DNA from: Candidatus Woesearchaeota archaeon
GTDB lineage: Archaea; Nanobdellota; Nanobdellia; Woesearchaeales; SM23-78
DNA length: 32,000 nt
Reading direction: 5' to 3'
Assembly: GCA_019322375.1 (NCBI GenBank)
Contig: JAHWIP010000076.1
Coordinates: 1 to 32,000, forward strand
Shown in pieces: positions 16,770 to 24,933 of the stretch. Made by a program: the position numbers and the translations under genes. Each line of letters starts with the position of its first letter. Positions within the stretch are counted from its first letter, which is position 1. The notes below the pieces were generated by a model, which worked only from the letters and a program-made list of their open reading frames with translations, had not been told where the DNA came from and made no database searches.

Positions 16770-17927
16770 TTATCTCTTCTTCTTTGCTACTTTCTCCTCT
16801 CTTATCTTGGTAATCAAGCCGGGCAGCCCTGTTCCCAGGGGCACTGGCTGGTTAATCATGACATTCTCAATAACAGAGTTAAGGTCGTCTATCTCTCCTA
16901 CCATGCTGGCATTGATTATGTGCCTGATAGGCGTCTCAAACGAGGCTCTTGCCAGCACACTAGGCTTTTCCTTAACAATACCGTATCTGCTCACACCCAG
17001 TACTTTGCCTGACATGGTCATGGCATCTGCTATTAAGAGTATGTGCCTTGTATCAATGTTTATTCCTTGAGCTTTGAGCACTTTGATTATCTCTCTTACA
17101 ACTGCTTCTCTTGCTGCTTCTATGCCCAGGAGTTTCTCAATCTCAGTAATTTTATTGGTGGTTGTCATATAAGGATTAACAAAGTCAAGTTTAAGCACGT
17201 CTTTTAGATTGCTGCCAGCAGTTACTATTATATATTCGTCCTCTCTCTTAACAGGCAGTACTTGGACTATTCCTTTCACACCATTAATGTACACATCTTT
17301 TATTTTTTCTTTTAACCTGTAAATCATGTTTAGGGCTTCGTCTCCTGAAGCCTTTATTCTTATGCTGCTGTCCTTGTCAAGCCTTACATCAAACCCTTTC
17401 AGACCTTTTTTTAGTAGTCTTGCAATCTTTAAGTGCGTAACTCTTCTATCCTTGAGCTTCTTATCATCAAGCTCAATTCTCATCTTGGTCTCAGCAACAT
17501 TAATACTTATCTCCTTAAGATACTCTTTGAATCTGGTTTCTTTCAGTCCTTCAGCTATTAATCTGATATCCTTGCCCTGGGAATAAGGCTTTTTCAAGTA
17601 TATCTCCATCATCTCAGTGCTAATCTCTTTTCTAGCATCAAGAATCTCTATTAATCTTGGCAGGCCTGTAGTAACATTCATTTCAGAAACTCCAGCAAAG
17701 TGAAAGGTGTTTAAAGTCATCTGGGTTCCTGGCTCTCCAATAGATTCAGCAGTAACAAGCCCTACTGATTCTCCTGGTTCTGCTAATGAGCTTCTATACT
17801 CAGAATACACTCTTTCAACTATTTTTTTTATCTTATTACTGCTGGTTTTTTCAGGAAGCTCTTTTTCCAATTCCTCAAGTAGTTTTAATGGAAGCCTGTT
17901 CTTATATTCTAATAATTCCCTTTTCAT
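16770..17927 (-). CDS. rpoA2: DNA-directed RNA polymerase subunit A'' (Rpo1C)
   Basis: AEPGESVGLVTAESIGEPGTQMTLNTFHFAGV (trigger-loop region) and the C-terminal SFETPIRHIINASMVGEIDDLNSVIENVMINQPVPLGTG are present. The protein is 385 aa. Confidence 0.95.
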   Translation of the reverse strand: MKRELLEYKNRLPLKLLEELEKELPEKTSSNKIKKIVERVYSEYRSSLAEPGESVGLVTAESIGEPGTQMTLNTFHFAGVSEMNVTTGLPRLIEILDARKEISTEMMEIYLKKPYSQGKDIRLIAEGLKETRFKEYLKEISINVAETKMRIELDDKKLKDRRVTHLKIARLLKKGLKGFDVRLDKDSSIRIKASGDEALNMIYRLKEKIKDVYINGVKGIVQVLPVKREDEYIIVTAGSNLKDVLKLDFVNPYMTTTNKITEIEKLLGIEAAREAVVREIIKVLKAQGINIDTRHILLIADAMTMSGKVLGVSRYGIVKEKPSVLARASFETPIRHIINASMVGEIDDLNSVIENVMINQPVPLGTGLPGLITKIREEKVAKKKR

Positions 17928-18157
17928 TTTTTACCTCGTAAAATGTTTAAATCTTGTTTTTTATTTAAACCAACAAAATCTTTGATTTTGTGTCCCAAAG
18001 GCTTTGCCTTTGTGAATTCAAAAGAGCAAAGCTCTTTTGTATAATGGCTCAAAAATGGTTTGTTCATTTTTTTAAATGAACATTCAAAAACCCCATGGGT
18101 TTTTGTAATTTTCATTTTTGTTGTCATTTTAACCTTTTCTGCCTGTTTTTGAATCAT
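17924..18157 (-). CDS. 77-codon Lys-rich bridging ORF between rpoA' and rpoA''. Coding status is uncertain (see hairpin array).
   Basis: Its ATG overlaps the rpoA' TGA (ACATGA), and its TGA overlaps the rpoA'' ATG (AAATGA). It stays open in a very AT-rich segment where stops are expected by chance. It is also packed with palindromes, which is atypical of coding sequence. No family was recognised. Confidence 0.35.
   Translation of the reverse strand: MIQKQAEKVKMTTKMKITKTHGVFECSFKKMNKPFLSHYTKELCSFEFTKAKPLGHKIKDFVGLNKKQDLNILRGKK
17945..18105 (-). other. Array of six perfect short hairpins inside the rpoA'/rpoA'' bridge
   Basis: Plus-strand coordinates are as follows. GTTTAAAT-10nt-ATTTAAAC at 17945-17970. 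CAAAATC-TTT-GATTTTG at 17974-17990. CAAAGGC-TTT-GCCTTTG at 17996-18012. CAAAAGAGC-AAA-GCTCTTTTG at 18019-18039. TGTTCATTT-TTTT-AAATGAACA at 18061-18082. CAAAAACCC-CAT-GGGTTTTTG at 18085-18105. Confidence 0.8.
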
Positions 18158-20739
18158 GTAGTCCTTATTATATGCCCAACATTAATCTTGCCGCCCTCGC
18201 TCTTGCTAACATCCACTCCATCCTCCCCATAAGCAAACTGTACAATCTTTTTACCAGCGTCCCGCACAGTAAAGTCATATTCTACTTTGAAATCTTGAAG
18301 AGCATTGGCCAGTCTTCTGTAAAGATAACCTGATTTAGGTGTTCTAAGAGCAGTATCCATTAAGCTATCCCTCCCTGTCATTGCCATGAAAAAGAGTTCA
18401 AAAGGTTCAAGCCCGCTCTTAAAACCATTTCTTATAAAGCCTCTTGCAGATGCTCCTAAGTCTCCTTTTTTAAAGCATGATAAAGTCCTGTCACTGTAAC
18501 CCTTGCTAATCCTCCCCCCTCTCAAAGCCTGCTGTCCTACGCATGCAGACATCTGGGCAAGGTTAAGCAGATTACCCTGGGCTCCTGACTGTATCATCAT
18601 AAGGGTGTGAGAATCTTTTTTAGCATTCTTAGCAACTATTTCTCCTGTCTCATTCCTTGCTTTGTTAAGCCTTTCCAATATTCTGAGTTCAAGAGTCTCT
18701 CTAATATCTCTTCCTGGCAAGAGCTCAAGGGTTCTGTCATGATATTCTTGTATCATCTTCTTAACATCAGTATCTGCTTCTTCAAGAAGCCTAATAACCT
18801 CTTCCTGCACTTCTGGTTTTAAATCAATATCTGAAAGAGTGATTGTTAAGCCATACCTAAGCAACACTTCTATTCCTAACCTATATATTTTCCCAAGCAT
18901 ATCAACCATCTGAGCAGCTCCGTATTGTTTATGCAGGTTTCTCAGAAGCAGGCCTGAACCTTCTCCCAGGTTGTTCTTATCAAGTATTCCTGTAACCAGT
19001 TTTCCATTTTTTATCTCAACAATAGCATCAGGGTCTTTTACACCTTCCTTGTAATGCCTTGCAAAACCTCTGAAATTAAAATCATCAGGTAAGAGCACAG
19101 AAAAGATTTCTTTGCCATTAACCATGTTCTTGCTGGATAGTTTTGTAAAGTTATCAACCCCGACTGCAACAAGCAAGTCAACTGCTTCTTCTCTTGGAAG
19201 GCTTAAGTACTTGGTTAAAATATAATTGCCAGTAATAGCATCCTGGTTACACCCAATAATGCTCAAACCATACCTTGGGCTTATTAACTGAGTCTGAACC
19301 TCCATTAGTATCTCTGCCTCGCTTCTGGCTTCCTCTGTCTGAGGGATATGTAAATTCATTTCATCACCATCAAAGTCAGCATTATAAGGAGCACACACAG
19401 CAGGGTTAAGCCTAAGAGTAAGACCTGGCAGCACCTTCACACGATGGCACATCATGCTCATCCTGTGCAGGCTTGGCTGCCTGTTAAACGTGCTTATATC
19501 ACCATCCATTAAGTGCCTCTCAATAATAAAGCCTGGCTGAAGCTCTTCAAGCAGCTGTTCTTTTGTCTCATCAGTGATTTTTTTCCTTCTTCCATCAGGC
19601 CTGATAATATAATTAGCACCAGGATACTTCTTAGGACCTCTCTTAACAAAGTCTTTAAGAAACTCAAGGTTCCACTCTGTTATTCTCTCAGGCACTGTGA
19701 GCTTCATAGCCATCACCATTGGCACACCAACCTCATTTATATTAAGCATGGGATCAGGGCTAATCACAGTTCTTGCTGAAAAATTAGTTCTTTTACCAGC
19801 AAGGTTATGACGAATTCTTCCCTCCTTGCTCTTAATACGCGCAGTAAGAGTTTTTAATGGCTGCCCGCTCCTATGCCTTGCAGGCGGTAGCTGGGCAACA
19901 GCATTATCAAAGAAAGTAGTGATATGATACTGCAATAAATCCCATAAATCCTCAATAATAATTTCCGGAGCTCCTGCATTGATGTTCTCAAATAATCTCT
20001 GGTTAATCCTGACAATGTCCCCTAGTTTATGAGTAAGGTCATCCTCGCTTCTCTCGCCTGTTTCAAGAGTAATGCTTGGCCTCATAGTAACCGGAGGTAT
20101 TGGCAGGACTGTTAACACCATCCACTCTGGCTGAGCACTGCCAGGGTTAATACCAAAAAAAGGCAGGTGCTCTCTTTTTATTCTCTCAAGTCTGCTCCTA
20201 ACCTCTATTGGGCTGAGCCTTTTATCATCCTCTAAGAAAGTGGTTGGCTTCTCAATTCTTATCTTGAATTGTTTCTCCTTGCAATGAGGGCACTTAGTAA
20301 TAGTCTTAAGAGCAGCAATGATTTCTTTTATCTTTTTTCTCTGCTCATCAACCCCAAACTCTTTGCCAATGTTTTCAAGCTCATGCCTGAACCTGTTAAT
20401 CTTATCACTAGGAATCAATATGTTGCCGCAGCTCCTGCAAGAACATCTCAGCAAGTCAAGAATAACATTAACAAATTTGATATGAATAACAGGCCTTGCA
20501 AGCTCTATGAATCCAAAATGCCCAGGGCACTCTTTTAACTTGCACCCGCAAGTCTTGCACTTAAGCCCAGGGTCAATCACTCCTAAGCGAACATCCATTA
20601 AGCCGCCATCAACAGGATAGCCCTCTTTATCATAAAGCTCAGGAGTAACAATCTTGGCAGAAGCCATTTCCTTGATAAACTTAGGACTCATCACCCCAAA
20701 TTCAATCTGGTCAACTTTTTTTGATACTGGTGGTTCCAT
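18154..20739 (-). CDS. rpoA1: DNA-directed RNA polymerase subunit A' (Rpo1N)
   Basis: Zn-binding motifs are CKTCGCKLKECPGHFG and CSCRSCG. The catalytic motif is YNADFDGDEMNLHIPQ. The protein is 861 aa. Confidence 0.97.
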   Translation of the reverse strand: MEPPVSKKVDQIEFGVMSPKFIKEMASAKIVTPELYDKEGYPVDGGLMDVRLGVIDPGLKCKTCGCKLKECPGHFGFIELARPVIHIKFVNVILDLLRCSCRSCGNILIPSDKINRFRHELENIGKEFGVDEQRKKIKEIIAALKTITKCPHCKEKQFKIRIEKPTTFLEDDKRLSPIEVRSRLERIKREHLPFFGINPGSAQPEWMVLTVLPIPPVTMRPSITLETGERSEDDLTHKLGDIVRINQRLFENINAGAPEIIIEDLWDLLQYHITTFFDNAVAQLPPARHRSGQPLKTLTARIKSKEGRIRHNLAGKRTNFSARTVISPDPMLNINEVGVPMVMAMKLTVPERITEWNLEFLKDFVKRGPKKYPGANYIIRPDGRRKKITDETKEQLLEELQPGFIIERHLMDGDISTFNRQPSLHRMSMMCHRVKVLPGLTLRLNPAVCAPYNADFDGDEMNLHIPQTEEARSEAEILMEVQTQLISPRYGLSIIGCNQDAITGNYILTKYLSLPREEAVDLLVAVGVDNFTKLSSKNMVNGKEIFSVLLPDDFNFRGFARHYKEGVKDPDAIVEIKNGKLVTGILDKNNLGEGSGLLLRNLHKQYGAAQMVDMLGKIYRLGIEVLLRYGLTITLSDIDLKPEVQEEVIRLLEEADTDVKKMIQEYHDRTLELLPGRDIRETLELRILERLNKARNETGEIVAKNAKKDSHTLMMIQSGAQGNLLNLAQMSACVGQQALRGGRISKGYSDRTLSCFKKGDLGASARGFIRNGFKSGLEPFELFFMAMTGRDSLMDTALRTPKSGYLYRRLANALQDFKVEYDFTVRDAGKKIVQFAYGEDGVDVSKSEGGKINVGHIIRTT

Positions 20740-20754
20740 TTAACCTTTTCCGCT

Positions 20755-20820
20755 CCGCGCAAAACGTTAACGAAAAGTAAGCGACTCCTAGTGCTGCGCA
20801 CCGGAGTCCCTTCAACGCGG
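20755..20820 (-). other. GC-rich structured spacer between rpoB' and rpoA' (candidate RNA element)
   Basis: The 94-nt spacer is visibly more GC-rich than its surroundings. It has nested complementarity: CCGCG (20755-59)/CGCGG (20816-20), GACTCC (20783-88)/GGAGTC (20803-08), and GTGC (20791-94)/GCAC (20798-801). Confidence 0.25.
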
Positions 20821-20833
20821 GCAATTTTTTTGC

Positions 20834-22636
20834 TTAATACTTACTCTTCAACCTTAACTTTGGATAAAGCAGCATGCTCTTGAACTCGTCAAGGATTAGT
20901 TTGAAAGCATAACTCATCTCAATACTGCTTATCTCAACATTCTCACCGCACACAGGGCAGTAATACATATTCTTTCTAACATCATAAACAGCTATTAAGC
21001 CGCATTCCTCGCAAACAGGCACCTCTGTTTTGTCACTGTCAAACCTTTCTTTTAGTAAGAGGCTTGCTCCGTGAGCAATAAAGGTGTCTTTCTCCATTTC
21101 CCCAAGCCTGAGCCCTCCTTCCTTTGCTCTTCCTTCTGTTGGCTGCCTGGTGAGCAGCTGGATTGGGCCTCTGGCTCTGCTGTGAATCTTGTTAGCAACC
21201 ATGTGTTTGAGTTTTAAATAGTACATGTTACCAATGAATATTTTGGCTTCATACTGTTCTCCTGTAATTCCATTATACATGGTTTCTGTTCCGTTCTCTT
21301 TGAAACCCATTTTAAGCAACTCTAATCTTATATCTGTTTCTTTTTCTCCTACAAAAGTGGTGCCGTCAATGTATCTGCCGTTCAAAGCTCCTGTCTTGCC
21401 TGCCAGCAACTCTATTAAATGGCTTACTGTCATTCTGCTAGGCACACCATGAGGACTAAATATAATATCCGGCTTTATGCCTGATACTGTGAAAGGAATA
21501 TCTGCTTCTGGAATGATTAAGCTTATAACTCCTTTTTGCCCATGCCTTGAAGTGAATTTATCCCCAATCTCAGGAATTCTCTGGTCTCTGAGCCTTACTT
21601 GGACTAATTTATTTCCTTCCTCGCTCTCTGTGAGCATCACAAAGTCAACTATGCCTTTTTCTCCGTGTTTAAGAGCACTGCTTGACTCTCTTCTAGAAGT
21701 GGTTGCTAGGTTGTACTCTTCAAGGCTGCTCAGGAATCTTGGAGGGCTGGTCTTGCCAATGATTACATCTCCTTCCTGTACAACTGCTTCTGAATATATT
21801 ATTCCATCGTCTTCTAAGAACCGGTAATCATGCTCTGTTCTATAACCCTTAACATCTTTGTTAGGAATGCTTACTTCATCAGTCAAGCCCCCTGAGTACC
21901 TTAATTCTTCTGTGATTATAGGCCTGTAGTACGTGCTCCTGCCAAAACCTCTTTCAATACTTCCCTGATTAATAACAACAGCATCCTCCATGTTATAACC
22001 TTTATAAGACATTATTGCCACAACAATGTTCTGTCCGCTAGGGTGCTTGTCCAAGTCAAGAATATCATTGGTAATAGTGCTTACAACAGGTTTCTGCGGG
22101 TAGTGAAGCAGATTAACATCCATGTCCACTCTTGAAAAGAAATTAGCAGTGTAGAATCCTACTGCTTGCTTTTGGTTCTTTGAACCCTGAGTGAGCCTGA
22201 CTCCATGGTTATAGTTGCCAAAAGGAACAAGGCTGGTGGCTAAGCCAAAAATATCAATAGGGCTTATGTTTAGGTGTGTATCTTCTGGTGTTAGATTCTG
22301 TTCCTTTAAGGATACTATTACACTTTCCTCCTCCAAGCTGTCCACATACTCAACTATTCCCTGCTCTACAAGACCAGACCATTTCACCTCGTTCTTATTA
22401 AGCTGCTCAGCATGTGCCTCTGTTAGTAATGACTTGCCCTCCTTGGCAACAAGTAATGGTCTTATACACCTGCCACTGCCAGTCTCAATAAATACTTGGT
22501 CTGCTTTGTCATCGTAAAGAAAATTAATACCAAGAGAGATTTTATTATTCCTTCTCTGGTTTACAAGCTTGTTAACAAACTCTTTACCATCACCAACTTT
22601 TCCAAGGTATTTGTTGTTAAGGAATAATTCGCTCAT
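20834..22636 (-). CDS. rpoB1: DNA-directed RNA polymerase subunit B' (C-terminal half of Rpo2)
   Basis: GDKFTSRHGQKGVIS, SRMTVSHLIELL, RARGPIQLLTRQPTEGRAKEGGLRLGEMEKD and the C-terminal Zn ribbon CEECG...CPVCG are present. The protein is 600 aa. Confidence 0.97.
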   Translation of the reverse strand: MSELFLNNKYLGKVGDGKEFVNKLVNQRRNNKISLGINFLYDDKADQVFIETGSGRCIRPLLVAKEGKSLLTEAHAEQLNKNEVKWSGLVEQGIVEYVDSLEEESVIVSLKEQNLTPEDTHLNISPIDIFGLATSLVPFGNYNHGVRLTQGSKNQKQAVGFYTANFFSRVDMDVNLLHYPQKPVVSTITNDILDLDKHPSGQNIVVAIMSYKGYNMEDAVVINQGSIERGFGRSTYYRPIITEELRYSGGLTDEVSIPNKDVKGYRTEHDYRFLEDDGIIYSEAVVQEGDVIIGKTSPPRFLSSLEEYNLATTSRRESSSALKHGEKGIVDFVMLTESEEGNKLVQVRLRDQRIPEIGDKFTSRHGQKGVISLIIPEADIPFTVSGIKPDIIFSPHGVPSRMTVSHLIELLAGKTGALNGRYIDGTTFVGEKETDIRLELLKMGFKENGTETMYNGITGEQYEAKIFIGNMYYLKLKHMVANKIHSRARGPIQLLTRQPTEGRAKEGGLRLGEMEKDTFIAHGASLLLKERFDSDKTEVPVCEECGLIAVYDVRKNMYYCPVCGENVEISSIEMSYAFKLILDEFKSMLLYPKLRLKSKY

Positions 22637-22654
22637 TTTGATCTTTGTTTTTAA

Positions 22655-24157
22655 TTATTTCTTCTTCTTACCACTCGGTACTTTCTCCATTTCAAAGCCT
22701 GCTTTTTGCAGCACAGGAAGGATTTTCTCTTCTGGAAAAACCTGGGAAACACTTGCCAGTAATGCAAGATTCTTTCTTAATCCTATGTTTGTTCCTTCAG
22801 GTGTTTCGCTTGTGCATAATCTTCCCATGTGCGTGCTGTGCAGGCTTCTGGCTTCAAAGTTTTCTTGTGAAGATGATAAAGGACTAACAACTCTCTGCAG
22901 AGGAGATAATGTCTGCAAGAAGTTAAGCCTCTCAATCCTTTGGCTAACCCCTTTTCTCCCGCCAACCCAGTTGCCAGTTGCCATGCTTGAATAAATTCTC
23001 TGGGTTAAGAGTTTCTCCCTAATGATTACTTTAATACTTGGGAACTTGCCTCTCTTTACAATTCTCTGAAAATTATAAAGCAAGTCACCGATTAAGACTT
23101 TGAGATTAACCCTGAACAAATCTGCAAGAAGGTCACCGCTCATCTTTAAGCGTTTATTCCTATAATGGTCTTTGTCATCTGATTTCTCCTTTCTTATGGT
23201 GAGTATCATTTTCTTAAGCATCTTGCAAAGATTATAAGCCTTCCAAGTCCTGTCATCACGAGTAATGCCAATATGAGGCAACAAGTATTTATCAAGGATT
23301 TCCTGCATTCTCTGAATCCTTATCTCCCTTGCCTGGGTTATGCCTATCTTCTTAGCAATATAATCAATTGCATCCTCAGAGTTCTTCATATCAACGAACT
23401 CATACAAGTTGATAAGCACCTCTGCATCATCTTCCAAATCAATAAAGCGCATGATTTCCTCGTCTTTTATAAGGCCAAGAGCCTTGATAACCGCAATAAT
23501 AGGTATTCTCTTCACCCTTGTGAAGGTAAGATAGAACAACCCGTCTTTTAGTTTCTCGAACTGGTGAGGTATCTTGTAAGAACCTTTTTCTGAGAATAGT
23601 TTGCCAACATAAGGGCTAATACCTGTTGTTTGCTTCTCAATCATGAATGTATTAGAAGCAAGGTCTTCTATGTTAACAATAGCTTTCTCAGTTCCATTGA
23701 TAATAAAGTATCCTCCTGTATCATCCGGGTCCTCGTTCTGCTTGATAAGCTCCTCCCTGCTTAAACCATGAAGATGGCAGTACTTTGATTTGAGCATAAC
23801 AGGAATATTAGCAACCTGCGTTGTAAAACTTTCACGCTGCACACCATTAATATGAGCGCTTACCTCAAGGAACATAGGAGCAGAATAGCTAAGCTTTCTT
23901 AATCTGGCCTCAACAGGATAAATGCTCCTCTTAGAACCATCAGCCTCTGTAATTTCAGGCTTAGTAACCCACACATTATCCAAGTGTATCTTAAACTCAT
24001 CAACATTCGGAGGAATAATTGTGGGCTCAATCTCCTTGTTCTCATTAATAATTACTTGTAACTCATTATTAATAAAATTGTTAAAAGATTCAATATTAGC
24101 CTTGATAACACTGTTCTCTTCAAAATACTTTTTTAGCAATGCATAAGACTTTTTCAT
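22655..24157 (-). CDS. rpoB2: DNA-directed RNA polymerase subunit B'' (N-terminal half of Rpo2)
   Basis: ESFNNFIN, YPVEARLRKLSYSAPMFLEV, TGGYFIINGTEKAIV and the C-terminal HSTHMGRLCTSETPEGTNIGLRKNLAL are present. The protein is 500 aa, and the split-B arrangement has B'' upstream of B'. Confidence 0.95.
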   Translation of the reverse strand: MKKSYALLKKYFEENSVIKANIESFNNFINNELQVIINENKEIEPTIIPPNVDEFKIHLDNVWVTKPEITEADGSKRSIYPVEARLRKLSYSAPMFLEVSAHINGVQRESFTTQVANIPVMLKSKYCHLHGLSREELIKQNEDPDDTGGYFIINGTEKAIVNIEDLASNTFMIEKQTTGISPYVGKLFSEKGSYKIPHQFEKLKDGLFYLTFTRVKRIPIIAVIKALGLIKDEEIMRFIDLEDDAEVLINLYEFVDMKNSEDAIDYIAKKIGITQAREIRIQRMQEILDKYLLPHIGITRDDRTWKAYNLCKMLKKMILTIRKEKSDDKDHYRNKRLKMSGDLLADLFRVNLKVLIGDLLYNFQRIVKRGKFPSIKVIIREKLLTQRIYSSMATGNWVGGRKGVSQRIERLNFLQTLSPLQRVVSPLSSSQENFEARSLHSTHMGRLCTSETPEGTNIGLRKNLALLASVSQVFPEEKILPVLQKAGFEMEKVPSGKKKK

Positions 24158-24168
24158 TTTAGCTTTAT

Positions 24169-24408
24169 CTAATCCTTAACAACCCCCCGATAATATATTA
24201 TCTCGCCAGCAGTCCTGCTCTTACGCTTAATCATAACAATATCCCCTTCCTTAACACTGAGATGAGCTATTGCTGGATCAGAAACATTAATTTTAGGAAT
24301 CTCCCTGATAGAGACCTTATAATCTTTTAGCAAAGCCTTTGCTTCTTTATCAGAGAGCTTGATATGCTCAGGAATAAGGTCGTGTTTGAGTTGAGATTTT
24401 CGTGTCAT
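24169..24408 (-). CDS. rpoH: DNA-directed RNA polymerase subunit H (Rpo5)
   Basis: HDLIPEHIKLSDKEAKALLKDYKVSIREIPKINVSDPAIAHLSVKEGDIVMIKRKSRTAGEIIYYRGVV is the classic RpoH sequence. I set the start at the internal ATG (MTRKS) because the ORF-track extension to 24459 runs into the tRNA-Lys gene. Confidence 0.9.
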   Translation of the reverse strand: MTRKSQLKHDLIPEHIKLSDKEAKALLKDYKVSIREIPKINVSDPAIAHLSVKEGDIVMIKRKSRTAGEIIYYRGVVKD

Positions 24409-24428
24409 TTTAATCTGAAATGTATACA

Positions 24429-24583
24429 TGGGCCGGACGAGACAGTCAGAAAAACTCACATTTTTCCGGGTGATAAACGCAGTTTCTCATTTGAACTCGC
24501 GACCACACGATGACTTCCTGATTTAAAAGTCGTGTGCTCTAGTTCCCAAGCCACAAAGGCTTACCGGACTGAGCTACCGGCCC
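24429..24583 (-). tRNA. tRNA-Lys(UUU) with three intron-like insertions (D-loop, anticodon loop 37/38, T-loop), 155 nt
   Basis: The minus strand reads GGGCCGG-TA-GCTC-[31 nt where 8-11 are expected]-GAGC-A-CACGA-CTTTTA[AATCAGGAAGTC]A-TCGTG-TGGTC-GCGAG-TTCAAAT-[47 nt]-CTCGT-CCGGCCC-A. All four stems pair. For the 12-nt anticodon intron, loop nt CTTT can pair with intron GAAG, leaving 3-nt bulges at both junctions. CCA is not encoded. Confidence 0.8.
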
Positions 24584-24586
24584 ATA

Positions 24587-24735
24587 CGCCCTGGCCGGGA
24601 TTCGAACCCGGGTCGAAGCCTATCCACGACTTTAATCATTGATTGTGAATGATTATTAGTTCTCGACAGGGCTTCATGATAGTTACTGCAACAAAACAAG
24701 GTTTGTTTTGCTGAACCAGGCTACACTACCAGGGC
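24587..24735 (-). tRNA. tRNA-Asp(GUC) with two introns (D-loop ~33 nt, anticodon 37/38 ~42 nt), 149 nt
   Basis: The minus strand reads GCCCTGG-TA-GTGT-[43 nt D region containing hairpin CAAAACAA-ACC-TTGTTTTG]-TCAT-G-AAGCC-CTGTCG[42 nt containing AATCATT-CACAATC-AATGATT]A-GGCTT-CGAC-CCGGG-TTCGAAT-CCCGG-CCAGGGC-G. Only 3 nt separate it from tRNA-Lys. Confidence 0.8.
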
Positions 24736-24933
24736 ATCGCATACTTAATCATGAAGCAAATTGAAGTGAATAAAAGAGCAGTGGCTCGTAAATGCGTTTG
24801 TATTACCTTTCTAGAACCCTCCTGCCCTTAAAAACATTTTATTCCAGCTCATATTTCCCTGCTAATAATGATATGAGTATAGCTAACAATATATTATTAA
24901 TACTGAATACAAGCAAAGAAGGTGGATAACCAT

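Noticed and set aside
20755-20820. C/D-box or H/ACA guide sRNA in the rpoB'/rpoA' spacer
   Set aside because: No RUGAUGA/CUGA boxes are present, and no ACA follows the basal stem on the transcribed strand. It is kept only as a generic structured-element candidate.
16770-24157. Inteins or large insertions inside RNAP subunits
   Set aside because: Subunit lengths (A' 861, A'' 385, B' 600, B'' 500 aa) are ordinary, and the catalytic motifs are contiguous.
24409-24459. N-terminal extension of rpoH (MSFSDCLVRPMYTFQIK)
   Set aside because: It overlaps the 3' part of tRNA-Lys. The conserved RpoH sequence begins at the internal ATG (24408).
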